A stretch of DNA of 63,861 bases, the filler included, from Licmophora abbreviata (taxonomy: Eukaryota): the NCBI GenBank assembly GCA_900291995.1. It is 16 parts of 16 records of this genome, joined end to end, with 100 filler letters (N's around TTAATTAATTAA, not from the genome) between each part and the next. Parts side by side here need not be neighbours in the genome. Positions count along the whole stretch, not along the records: positions 10,802 to 12,073 come from OLMU01001585.1; positions 12,174 to 14,588 come from OLMU01001586.1; positions 14,689 to 16,208 come from OLMU01001587.1; positions 16,309 to 18,329 come from OLMU01001588.1; positions 18,430 to 27,702 come from OLMU01001590.1; 11 more parts are not named here. One strand, 5' to 3'. The position numbers and the translations under genes are program-made. Positions 11,141-22,515 of the stretch are shown piece after piece (the stretch's first letter is position 1; the number at the start of each line of letters is the position of its first letter). The notes under the pieces are model-generated. The model made no database searches. It was not told the DNA's origin and saw only the letters and a list, made by a program, of their open reading frames with translations.

Positions 11141-12792
11141 TCAAAATGTAGCTGATCGATGATGCATGTTCGCCAAGAGCAATTGTGATGTCACAACAGG
11201 AGTGAAGAACTCCAATGCCATGGTGTCCATTTCTTCCAACACTGCCAAGGAGGCCAACCGCGCAACTACACTCTTCCAAGCCTCGACGATCCCCGCGCGT
11301 TCTTCTTGCGACGAAGCTTCAAACAAGAACTCCTCGTCATGACAAGTTCGCAGGTAGAAACTGCACGCGGCGCGTGCCATAGGATGCTTGGTTCGGTCGA
11401 TCGTCTGTGCTTCGACAATGCGACAGGCATTCAAGACGCGGAGTTCGAGAGGTCTTTGCGAAGTGTCGTGCAACTTGCGGCTCGGTGCCAGATCAGGCTG
11501 GTAGGCGTTGCGCCACATGAACTTGGGTTCAATCACCGTGTTGCCGAAATTTAGCAAGGAGCCTCGTTCAATCCATACCTGGGATACAATAGGCTGTTGG
11601 GCATTGGGCGGATGCCATGTCAGCGTCCAAGTCGTGTTGAGAGAATCCTGTTGACCCAAAAAAGAAAGAGTGGTACATTAGCAAGAGCTGCATCATGAAT
11701 CAGAAGACTCAAAAGCAAGTTGACGTACCTGCACAGAAGGATGAATCCCCAGTACATTGTCGGGAACCAGGTCCATGGCATGCTTCGTTTGCTCGGCGAC
11801 GCGAGCCCGATGAACATCGTAGGGCATGTAGAACTCTTCGTCATTCGGTGTCGAAACCTGGTTATCCTCCTGGGTCGGCGTGACGGTTCGCACCCCACGC
11901 ATGGCCGTCTCTGTGGCACCGATGTAATCTTCGGGATCGCTGTCGTACCCCAACTCTTGTTTCTCTGGGTTCTCCTCGGGAGCAGGCTCGATCGGTTCCA
12001 GACCCTTTCCAATGAAAAGCCCAAGGGGGTCGTCCCCAACAGCGAAGGCCTTGCTTAGAACCGTAGTGCCACTNNNNNNNNNNNNNNNNNNNNNNNNNNN
12101 NNNNNNNNNNNNNNNNNTTAATTAATTAANNNNNNNNNNNNNNNNNNNNNNNNNNNNNNNNNNNNNNNNNNNNCAGGACAGCCGAGAAGAACAAGAAGGT
12201 CTAGCTCCACTTGGCGTTGCATATGAGCACCCCACTTGACTGTCTGATCACACACTTTTTGCAAAGAGGCACCACACGACTCGTCCCCCAACGAGCTACT
12301 GGGACATAGCGTCTCTACAAAGCTGTCCGTCACTTGTTGCAGTGATGTGTCCAGCCATGATTTATCCTGCTTGGGGGACTCGTCCATGGCTTCCGCTTGA
12401 CCCTTCGTCTCCAGTGACTCTTCATCGCTGCACAGTTTCGCGTGGGAGGGCTCCGTACCGATAACGATGTCTGACGGTTCGACAACGGACAGGTCTATCG
12501 GAGAGAAGTAGTGCTCTTCGTCGTCATTGTCGTCAAATAGAAAGGATTGAGGCTGAACGAACTCATCGTCTTCTTCATCTTCCGAAGTGACATTGAGGAT
12601 GGACGTGTGGGAAAGAGATTGCCTCGGGTCGTCCGTGATAAACTCGCGGCGTGTGCACGAGGTATCTCGTCCCTGTTCCGAACAATGTGACTGGCAGAGT
12701 CGACCCTCTCCGACCAAACCAGTACCGCCAATGTCATGGTCGTCTCGCCTATGAACATCGATGAGCGTCTCGTTGAGATGATCAAAGTTCAT
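11141..12792 (-). CDS. Hypothetical protein with acidic N-terminus and PH-like C-terminal domain; spans a gap and one intron
   Basis: ORF pieces 12792-12174, 12073-11729 and 11647-11141, with intron 11648-11728. C-terminal SFYLRT..FLFEASSQEER..IVEAWK resembles a PH end. Confidence 0.6.
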
Positions 12793-13440
12793 TCTTTCCC
12801 ATTGGCACTCTATCGGAAGCTCACAATCCTCTCTTGGAACCCAATTGTGTCAACAGACTCGACAATGACAACTTTGTTGGATCAATCTAACTGACTTCGT
12901 GGTTAACTACTGCCAAACTGTCGCTCCCGATTTTGTGGTAGCGTTCAACGCCAATCCTCAAAATTTTGGCGCCGGGCAACTTTTCATCGCGCACCGCGGT
13001 CCCAGATGATAAGTAAGTTGGTTTGAGCAGTTACCCAAACCGTTGAAGTCGGAATCATTTGATAGGAGTACGATGTTCTACATATGCCTATTTCAACGAT
13101 AGTGAACTTGCTCAAATAGGACGACTCTTGGAAATTGTATGATCCTTTTGAGTCGGGAGCCGGGTCAAACATTGAGATTGAAAATTGAAAATTGATGGCG
13201 GAGAGACCAGCGAGATCTCTGGCGCTTTCAAATTTATTTATGGATGGATCACTTTTCCGAATGCTTCGACCTGCGAGCTATTGATGCTGCTCTTCCAAAT
13301 TCCGACGTCGACGAGATGATGTGCACCTTTTTGATGCTTCGACGACGTTCTCAACAGATTGTCACAACAGCAGTCAATGAGCAATGCGCCTCTCTCTTGT
13401 CCCTCTCATTACCACCTTTCTAGCTGCCTCAAACAACGAC

Positions 13441-13878
13441 ATGACCAGTAAACTTCGCATTCAGGTCCAGTACTGTGGCGGATGAGGTGAGTGTGCTGGA
13501 GATCAAGGTCGGAGTCGGTCGTACAAAAGTACTCTGTTTCGTGTTCTTGTGGTACCTGTATCTGTGCGTTACCATTTTCAATTGTGCTCTCGCTGGGTTC
13601 ATAGTTCCTCATTGTCCTCTATTTATCATTCGATAGGCTACAAGAAGTACTACATTGGATTGCGAGATTTTCTCTACTCGCAGCCAAGTGTCTTCGGACG
13701 GATGGAACTGGTCCCGCTGGAGGATAGGGGTACGACAGGCAATTTTGAAGTGACCGTCATGGAGACTGGCCAGCTGATTCATTCCAAGAGGAAGTATGGA
13801 CAGGGACGAGCCCAAAGTCAAGCGGAACGAATGACAATCCTGGATCAAATCAAAGAACTTCTGGGAGAGCAGTTGTAG
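13441..13878 (+). CDS. SELENOW: Selenoprotein W / Rdx-family selenoprotein (CxxU), 2 exons
   Basis: MTSKLRIQVQYCGG-TGA(13483-13485)-G, intron 13487-13636 (GTGAGT..TAG), then GYKKYY..GTTGNFEVTV..LIHSKRKYGQG. Confidence 0.9.
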
Positions 13879-13963
13879 AAATAGCCGCGGCTGTCCAAGC
13901 GGTCTGTTGGCTCATTGAACTTGGAGCTTTGTGTGACATGTCAAAGACCAAAAGGATTATCAA

Positions 13964-14034
13964 GCAAGATCGGAATGACGGATCGATAAGCGTTTTATGA
14001 ATAACGGTATGGATCCTGAACTAAAGATGTTGGC
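13964..14034 (+). promoter_or_regulatory. Candidate SECIS element in the selenoprotein 3' UTR
   Basis: ATGA (13975-13978), GGATC/GATCC stem, unpaired AA, apical CGTT/AACG mini-stem, TGA (14017-14019), and lower stem CAAGATC/GATGTTG with one mismatch. Confidence 0.65.
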
Positions 14035-14842
14035 AACAGAGGAGCCCGCTGCCTGATGAACACATCACGTGGCATTGCAAACGTCTAGCAATCTTGCTTG
14101 TGCCTGACTGGTTGCTGGGATGACATAGCTTAGTTGCTCTGATATTTAAGCGGGGCATAGTAGAGAGATATCTAAGCGATGAGATGCCGCGCTGCTCGCC
14201 AATTTATCGTCGAGTCCTTAGTTGAAATTTCTCATGTTCATATGATAACCATTCGCAGAGACCGAATCTGAGCAGGGCCACCACGTACGCCTTTCGTTTG
14301 GCAGCGGCAGACCTAAAATAGGTACCACGTGTATCACTCTATTATCCGTGCCACCCTCCCAGTGCATCCACTTTCGATAACAATCAATCGGTTTGCGTGG
14401 TGCCTCGTCAGTGTAGGTCAAACGTGGGGGACACCACGGGGGGCGACAGCGTGGATTGCTGCTGACTTACGTACGTGCCGAATTGTTCCTCGGATGTCGT
14501 ACCTTCTAAACATGCGTCACCTCTATGCTCTCGGGTATTGAATGATGTGCAAGTGTGACGCAAGCGGTGATAATACGATACCAAGCTGNNNNNNNNNNNN
14601 NNNNNNNNNNNNNNNNNNNNNNNNNNNNNNNNTTAATTAATTAANNNNNNNNNNNNNNNNNNNNNNNNNNNNNNNNNNNNNNNNNNNNAAGGCAGGACTG
14701 GCTGTCGGAACAAGCGACTTGCAGGAAGTGCCAACTCCTCAAAACAAGGCCCACTTCTCATCAATTTCAAAAGGCCTCCAAGTTCAACAAAGCAACCCAT
14801 TCGCCCTCACGACGTTCAGAACAAGACGTCGAATATCAATCC

Positions 14843-15628
14843 ATGAAAAGGCCAGCGAAACGACTCAAATCCGACGCTGATCAACAGGAAGAGACAAAAG
14901 TTGCCCAACACGAGGCCACGAGTAGCGGCGAGGCACGAGTTCGAGCAACTTCAGCATCCCTTTCTTCACCACTTCAGAGCAATCGTGAAGGTGTGGAGCT
15001 TTCGAACGTTCGCGCCCAAGACCAAGCATCTGCAGGTCTCTCCGCCATAGCGGACGTCGCTGTAGCCGCGGCTGCCTCTCTCCCGACATCGGAATCAGCA
15101 TCGGTGGCGAAAGTGCCGATATCGTCGGAGCTGACTGGCATACATGAAAAAACTAAGCATGACGAAAAATGGAACGGCATGTTCCGGCAACTACAGTCGT
15201 ACAAGACACAGAACGACACAACGAATGTGAAGCAAGACGAAGGAAAACTGGGCCGATGGGTTCACTACCAGCGTGTCGAGTACGGGCTCTTTCAACAAAG
15301 CGAAGGCAAGGGGAAGATAACTCAAGAGAGAGTTGACGAGCTCGACCGCGTCGGGTTCGAATGGGACCCACAGAAGACCCAATGGGAGGCTATGTTCAAC
15401 CGCCTTGTTGAATTCAATACTCAACACGGCCACTGCAACGTCAACAAGAGCTATCCTGACAAGAAGCTGGCGAATTGGGTCCGCAACCAAAGACTAGAGT
15501 ATTCGAGCCTCGTGCGGGGACGGAAATCACGAATGACAGAGGAACGCAGAAGTCGGCTCGACGAAATGAACTTCAAGTGGACATCGTCACCTGAAGACAG
15601 CGCTACCTCAGAGTCTCAATCAACCTGA
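14843..15628 (+). CDS. Helicase-associated (HA) repeat protein; may be incomplete at the 5' end next to a gap
   Basis: Two repeats of W..MF..L..(Y/F)....V....L..WV..QR....(I/M)T.ER...LD...F.W. Confidence 0.85.
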   Translation: MKRPAKRLKSDADQQEETKVAQHEATSSGEARVRATSASLSSPLQSNREGVELSNVRAQDQASAGLSAIADVAVAAAASLPTSESASVAKVPISSELTGIHEKTKHDEKWNGMFRQLQSYKTQNDTTNVKQDEGKLGRWVHYQRVEYGLFQQSEGKGKITQERVDELDRVGFEWDPQKTQWEAMFNRLVEFNTQHGHCNVNKSYPDKKLANWVRNQRLEYSSLVRGRKSRMTEERRSRLDEMNFKWTSSPEDSATSESQST

Positions 15629-16775
15629 CGTGCTACTCATAGATGGTTAGAAGAGTCAGTCTACCTGCGTGTGCCTAGCAGCTAGAGAGTGCCTTGCTTG
15701 TGGTAAAGGGCTTTTCATCTACGTCGAAGCGATGAGCGCATCTACCGGCGTGAAGTAGACTACTCCTCCATCAGCGCTGCTAGACAGCGTACAGCGATGG
15801 GTGCAATATATTCCATTGCTGAATCTCGTTGCAGGAACGGGTGTGATCTAGGCTTTACTTCAGGCAAAGTTCGCGTTACACAACCTTGAAGGAGTATGTG
15901 AAGACGTCTCTCTAAAACTGCTTACTTATGTGCCCCTGTCGCACATACTTAGGACACATTAAGTGGAGCTAATGACGTCAATCCTATTTGAGTCTGGCCA
16001 TCACTCGGACAACGCGCGGGGCGATGCAAAAGTTTCAAACCATCAAAACGTCACCACGGCGCAGTGAACAATGGGACTGTGGAGACCACAATACGGGCGA
16101 GCAGAAAGCCTCCATGTGCCCCACGATGACAAAAGATTAAGACTTATGAGCAACTTGCTTGGACAAAGCGCATGGAGGAAGCTCCACTAGCGATTAGTGT
16201 TGGAAACTNNNNNNNNNNNNNNNNNNNNNNNNNNNNNNNNNNNNNNNNNNNNTTAATTAATTAANNNNNNNNNNNNNNNNNNNNNNNNNNNNNNNNNNNN
16301 NNNNNNNNCAGTCTGTATAGCTAGTATGATACAAATAGATGAGTTTGAAGACGTTGGGCGTGTGCATGAGGTGCGCGCTTGTCCCAGCTTTATTAATCGT
16401 CAGCTTTCAAGCGCAGAGCAGCAATGATAGGTCGAGAAAAAGTTACTTTAGCCTTTTCTACTACTAACCTCAAGAGCACACAGTGTTGTCCGTGTGTCAT
16501 CTGGGCGCGCGTCTCATCTCATCTCATCGCGCCATCACAAACAAACACGAACACACCGCGCGCGGGCACCATCAGACAAAGCGCGTCGCTTCATTTACTC
16601 TGCTGATGATGCCCCCTCTCGTCGTGTGAGCTGTAAACAGCATTTCACTCTGTGTTACTACTGCAAGTAGACTGTCATTCCTGACTGTGGGATTCGGCAT
16701 TTTAGGAAGAGCAAGGCGATGATTATTCGAGTGTTATCTGATTTTTGTGTGTAGTTTCACTGACACGTAATCGTC

Positions 16776-18329
16776 ATGCGGTCGACATCCTCATCTGCAT
16801 TCAAGAAGAAGTCAGAGCCATCCATGATGAGACAGAGACATTGGAGAACGGCATGTGCATTTATAGTTGTCGTGACTCGTGCTGTGGCAGCTGAGGGTCA
16901 TGATTCCTTTCGAAATGCTGGCTCGTCCTTGATCCGGCAGCGGCGCTCAATGATGGATCGTTGCTCTTCATCCGCGTGGCGTTTCGACTCTGAACGGTGG
17001 CTGATGCGAGGTGGAGATGAGACGTGTCCAACCCCTTATCAAAGAAGACCACCACCGCCTCCTCCTCCTCCTCCCGATAGATCAGAGGCTGATGGGGATC
17101 GAGCAGGGGCGATGGATCACGATAGAGACGAGTACGAGTTCGTCCCACCTCCCCCGCCAGCTTTGCCGCATTCAGTGCAACCGAACGCAATCGATACTCC
17201 CGAGAGACGGCGACTTGCGCAAGCTCCGTTCGTACGGCGAGATTCCACCACTTCTTCTGACGGTAGTAGGCGGAGCGTTGACGTACACACCATGGTGCAT
17301 CCTCCGCCGCCTCCGCTATTCCCACCTCCGAACATGGAGGGTACTGTGGACCGTGATGCTATTGCCTTTCCAGCAACTCCTCCGACAATTGTCCCTGCCG
17401 TGGTCACTCAGTCGCAGATCGTCATCCCACCGTTACCCCCGATGCTCGAAAGGACTTCGAGGAGAGCTGAATCGTCGGGTGTAACTGGAAACAAAGTGTT
17501 TGGCGAGGAGCGCCGAGAGCGAACGGCGGTGGACGACGTGAGACGAGGCGTTGTGCCGATACGGAAGTCCACCGAAAAAGCTGGTGCTGATGCCAGGGCC
17601 GATCATATCCAACAAAAAGTGTCGCTTCAAGGAGACGCAATCAGACCAGAAATCTGTGTTGAGGCTGAAGAAAGTTTCGCCCCAGAAGCAACGACCTCGA
17701 GATCGCAGACAAGCATAACACACAGCGTAACGCCGGAAGAGGAAAGGTACCACATCGACGGTGAGAGAGCAAAGGCCACGTCTCTGTCGTCACCGCAGGT
17801 TATGCCCAATCTCGAAGAGAGCATCCGCAATGCTTCCGAAAAGGGCTTTGCGGCAGGCTTTGGTTTTGCAGCTGGCTTTGGAATTGGGAGCCTCCTCCAG
17901 AAACGGAGTCTGGACCCAGGTGGGAGCGATGCCGTGAAAGGCTCAGACATGCTGCAAGATATCGCTCCAGTGGATGCCGCCGCGGGTAACGACGTCGTTG
18001 ATGCTTATCAAGAAGAGGAACAATCAACGGCATCATCTCGTGAAGATGATGATCGCTTTCTCGTTTGGACGGGTTTGCCTTTAATACCGACCGAGGGAGA
18101 CTTGGTTGTCCATATTCCCAAGCATGTGGCAATCATGCAGCCTAGCGTCAATCGTCGACAGGTTACTCGCACTCGGAAGCTGCCCCAGAGAACCATGCTA
18201 TCGGAGATCAGCGACCTCGAGTGTGATCTCACAGATCGTGAGTTCGATCATGTCCTCGATGACATGACCTTGCCCGTCCTTGTCGACGAACAATATGACG
18301 CCTTCGAATACGACATGGAAGATTCATGT
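16776..18329 (+). CDS. Proline-rich protein with signal-like N-terminal hydrophobic segment, truncated by a gap
   Basis: ORF over 500 aa with ACAFIVVVTRAVAA leader, poly-Pro tracts and a GFAAGF repeat. Confidence 0.6.
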
Positions 18330-18455
18330 NNNNNNNNNNNNNNNNNNNNNNNNNNNNNNNNNNNNNNNNNNNNTTAATTAATTAANNNNNNNNNNNNNNN
18401 NNNNNNNNNNNNNNNNNNNNNNNNNNNNNCACCGATAAGCCTTATCGAGTTATTT

Positions 18456-20378
18456 TTATAAAGTTACTGCACTCTTTGGCGGAGGCCATACATCTTTCCC
18501 GTTGGGTGGCTCATAGGTAACGTAAAGAGGTCGGCCCAGCACTCGCTTGCCATTCATACCTACGGCACGCGCAGCGTCCTCCGTAGTCGCCATTTCAATC
18601 CAAGCGGAACCAAAGAAGTTTCCGGTTATACGATCTGTCTTCCACAGAATGTGTGTAATACCGGGGACGGCCTCCACCAGCGTCTCTTCAGTTGTGTTCT
18701 TTCGACACATGTTCTTGAGCAGGAGACGGGTGACGCCATCTGGATTGGGGGCAGGCCTGAAGAAAGAAACTTTCTTTTCGGGCTGCTGATGTCGCTCAAT
18801 GATGACCCCCTTCTTCTTCATGTCCTCTTCGTATTCATATACATCTTTTTGCGTTCGTCTTCTCAGGTCTGCCTTGGACGTTACGCTTTCCTTGACACAC
18901 AAGTCACATCGTACCGTATGATCCAGTTTTCGCGTTCCGTTTTTGTGATCTTCCATGCATGATCGGCAAATGAGACTGGGAACCCCACACGTTGGACATC
19001 GCCGCTTGCCACGATACATGTCCCATGGCTTGCCGCACGCCTCGCAGCTGCCCATGGCGTCGACTTGCTGCGACTCATCGCCAGTCACCGCGTCGGATTG
19101 CTTGGAACGCATTTTCGCTTCCACCTGCGGCGGTGCATGCGCAAAGCGTTTGTCAAAGGTATAATTCTTGCCCCTCCAGTATCCTCCATCTGCAAACTCC
19201 TTAAAATACTTGTCGACGCCCCCCTGCAACTGATAGACTCCTTGTATATTCAACTCCCGAATCGACGGATCAGTCTCCATTTTGTACTTGAGCAATGCCG
19301 ACGCTCGTTCACACCGTACCCCTCCCGTACAGTACATGAGCACCTGTTTTCCCTTGAGCTGCTCCTGCGTAGACTCCTTTTGCAACCAGACTGGAAATTC
19401 GGTACTCTTGCGCATTTCAGGATCCAACCACGTTGCCTTGGGCGGATCAAAGTGCCCAATCGCAGCTTCGTAATGATTCCGCACATCAATCACAACTGTA
19501 TTATCTTGCGCCAATTTTGCATGATAGTCGGAGGGTTCCAGATGCTCTCCCGTATAATGCATGGGAGGCGCCTTTTCTCCCTCCAGTCCATAATGGACCA
19601 ATTCCTGCACGGGCATGACCTTGAGCTGAGGAAAGAGCTGTCTCCTGGGCAGATCCGTGGTGAGCTTGAATTCCGTACTCTTAAAATACTCGTGAAACTT
19701 CCGCAGTCGTTTGCAAAACTCGACTATAGTGCCCCGCGTAGAGGATGTCAGTGTACAGTTCAAACCCTCTCGTGCCACTCGCATGCGTCCTGTAAGGTGG
19801 AGTGAGTCACCGAGGAGCTGCATGTGTTCCAGTACTGTTTGATACATGGCGGTATCCCAAGGCGGTTCGACGTATTGGTAAAAGAGAAGAAGTGTCACGT
19901 CGTCGTCGTTGTTGTCTTTGGATCCAGAGGTGGTCGTCACTGCTGCGGATGTCTGAACGATCTTGTCATCACCAGGAACGGGCGTAGTCATCACCGTCGG
20001 ACTGTTTTCGGTAGTAGAAGCGTCGATGGACGAGTCTCCAGGTCGATCCTTACGTTTCTTCTTCTTTTTCTTTGTGCCACCGCCTGTATCATCATTTTCG
20101 TCTTCCGAGTCATCCTCTCCTATACTGCGGGCTCGTTTCCTCTTCTTTTCCTTCTTTCGTTTCTTTTCCTTTTTACGCTTCTTTTTCTTTTCTTTCTTGT
20201 CGCCAGTGAGTGTGCGATGAAGTTTCTTGGATGAATTTGCATCCGTTGAAGTAGTAGTACACGTAGTAGTAGAAGAACAAGAAGAAGAAGATGGATCAGT
20301 CGTCACCATCTTCCCAGCTGCTGCCGTACTCGTAGTGTTTGTCGCGATTGTTTCGTCTTCCGACGATGTGTCACTCAT
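18456..20378 (-). CDS. TSTD2/TrhO-like (UPF0176) rhodanese-domain protein with Cys-rich region and C-terminal RRM
   Basis: [47 protein letters not shown] and [14 protein letters not shown]-like [21 protein letters not shown]. Confidence 0.88.
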   Translation of the reverse strand: MSDTSSEDETIATNTTSTAAAGKMVTTDPSSSSCSSTTTCTTTSTDANSSKKLHRTLTGDKKEKKKKRKKEKKRKKEKKRKRARSIGEDDSEDENDDTGGGTKKKKKKRKDRPGDSSIDASTTENSPTVMTTPVPGDDKIVQTSAAVTTTSGSKDNNDDDVTLLLFYQYVEPPWDTAMYQTVLEHMQLLGDSLHLTGRMRVAREGLNCTLTSSTRGTIVEFCKRLRKFHEYFKSTEFKLTTDLPRRQLFPQLKVMPVQELVHYGLEGEKAPPMHYTGEHLEPSDYHAKLAQDNTVVIDVRNHYEAAIGHFDPPKATWLDPEMRKSTEFPVWLQKESTQEQLKGKQVLMYCTGGVRCERASALLKYKMETDPSIRELNIQGVYQLQGGVDKYFKEFADGGYWRGKNYTFDKRFAHAPPQVEAKMRSKQSDAVTGDESQQVDAMGSCEACGKPWDMYRGKRRCPTCGVPSLICRSCMEDHKNGTRKLDHTVRCDLCVKESVTSKADLRRRTQKDVYEYEEDMKKKGVIIERHQQPEKKVSFFRPAPNPDGVTRLLLKNMCRKNTTEETLVEAVPGITHILWKTDRITGNFFGSAWIEMATTEDAARAVGMNGKRVLGRPLYVTYEPPNGKDVWPPPKSAVTL

Positions 20379-20651
20379 GGGTTCCAAGTCTTCTACAGGA
20401 GTATTCAAAATTTAGATGTGAGTCGACGGGAGGGTGCGTTACTGTCGGACTGTTCCCGAAATGTGCGTCGAAGATGTTGGGACTTTTCCTTCTCCATGGT
20501 CGAACGGTTCGAAAAAGATCCATCCCTGTTCCATAGTCTTTATGCGGCTATGAGAGCATTCGTCTGTACGTCAGTCATCAGGAACGTTCTCAACACTACT
20601 CGCACGCAACTTACCTTAAACAAACAGCGCCATCACACACACACAACGACG

Positions 20652-21898
20652 ATGACGCGCCGCCGGCGGCCGCGTCGTAGTCTCTTCTCAAGCCTTGGAG
20701 TGACCGCTCTGCTGCTTCTAGCCTGGCCAGTAGTCAGCAACGCCTCCTCTTGTAATGAAACTCCCATTTTGATTGTGGGCGCCGGCATGAGCGGCCTGGC
20801 AGCCGCCCGCGAACTCGTACACCGCGGCTGTCGCGTGACACTCTTGGAAGCACGAGATCGTGTCGGAGGAAGAATACACACTGTCCGCAGCAGCATATCG
20901 TTGGAGCTGGGAGGAGCCTTTGTGCATGACGCAAGAGTGCAGAATTCACTGGCGTGGTTGCTCTCTCGACAGGTCTATGATTTTCCCACACGCCACTCGG
21001 GGGGCAAGTCGGCCTATCCTGGACACGACTCTGCAGTCTATGTGCAGGAGGAGGACGGGAAGAGTCACGTTTTTAAAAATACTACACAGCTCTTGTTGAA
21101 GAGGGCGCACTCCTTGTGGAAGGAGTGGTTTATGCGCATGCAGCAGTCTGTAAGGATGCTTGGAAACGACGGTCTTGGGAATCATCCGTCGTCTCGTGAA
21201 GATGTCTTCTGTCGAGATTCAGGAGCGTCGTCTCGACTGTTGGTTCGAACGGCTGCCAGGTATGTGCGGCACGACATGATTCGTTCTCATATACTACAAA
21301 CGCCTCTAGATTCTCTCTTGTTGGACTATGAACTCCTCATGGCCTTTCAGTACGATCAAGGTCTAGCCTTCGACGAACATTCCATTCATGGATGGGACAC
21401 GCAGTGGGACTGGAATGATTATTCTACGTTTGATACGGATGCAGCCAACAAGGAGGAGGAGGACCAAGTCGTGGTCGGGGGGCATGACGCGAGTCATCGA
21501 GGCTCTTGTTCAGGACGTGATGGATTCGGGCAATGCCCAAGTGCTTTTGCAACACGAGATACAGAGAATCGACTATAGTCGCAATGCATGTCGCATAACA
21601 TCCACAAAGCGTGGTGAGGATGTTGTGTTGGAATCGCGAGCTTGCATTGTTACTTTACCACTCGGGGTCTTGAAGAAGGCATCCGTATTTGATCCTCCAT
21701 TGCCGTTGCGGAAACAAGATGCTTTGCGACGGGCGGGAGTGGCAGCGCTCAACACGCTCGTTTTGGTGTGGCGGCAAGCCGTGTGTCGCGACCAGGAGGG
21801 AGCGTACTATTTGCTGCAGAAGAAGCATCGTACGCATCATTCATCCACGACGACCATGAATCCTCTACGTGCAGGCTTTGTATGTCCAGAGGTACTCC

Positions 21899-21939
<41 letters not shown>

Positions 21940-22392
21940 GAGCAGCAGAATACAACTTCTACGACGTCAACACCGTCGCATGTGACTCAGTTCTACATTC
22001 ACGGATCCGAGTATTCATTCGACAATGACAAGTTCTGGAAAGAGCAGGCGGTGGAGATTGTACAGACTGTATTTCCTGACGAATCGTTCACCATCGAAGA
22101 CATTCTCGAGTTTCACCTTTCTTCCTGGCACACGGACCCGTACAGTTTGGGCTCGTACTCGGCCAATGCGGTGCAAACCAGAGGCAACGAGGATCGGCGA
22201 ATATTACAAGAGCCAGTCGACAGTACTGTCTTTTTTGCCGGAGAACACACCAACACACTGGGGCGCTATCAGAGCATTGACGGGGCATACGACACTGGCG
22301 TTTGTGCGGCCGCGCAAGTGGCGCGATTGTATCGCGACGCAAACATTACCATGCAGCACTGGAATCCGCATCTGCAAGGTGCGTGTGAGTAA
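20652..22392 (+). CDS. Flavin-dependent amine oxidase (polyamine oxidase-like) with signal peptide; frameshift in G run 21477-21482
   Basis: [22 protein letters not shown] and ELGG in one frame; [27 protein letters not shown] and DGAYDTG in the other. Removing one G joins them. Confidence 0.88.
21898..21948 (+). repeat. (CAA)n microsatellite encoding poly-Gln in the amine oxidase
   Basis: About 14 tandem CAA followed by GAG CAG CAG. Confidence 0.95.
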
Positions 22393-22515
22393 AATAGAGG
22401 GTATCTGCATCCACATCCATGTCGCTGTGGGAGAAAACGAGAACTTGTAAATTCATATAGTAGAGCGCATAGACCTAGAGAGGAGCAGTAGTGACAGAAG
22501 TGCGGCTCACTATAT

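Noticed and set aside
14200..16208. Non-coding stretches next to gaps as possible transposon remnants
   Set aside because: No terminal repeats, target-site duplications or transposase/RT motifs could be recognised.
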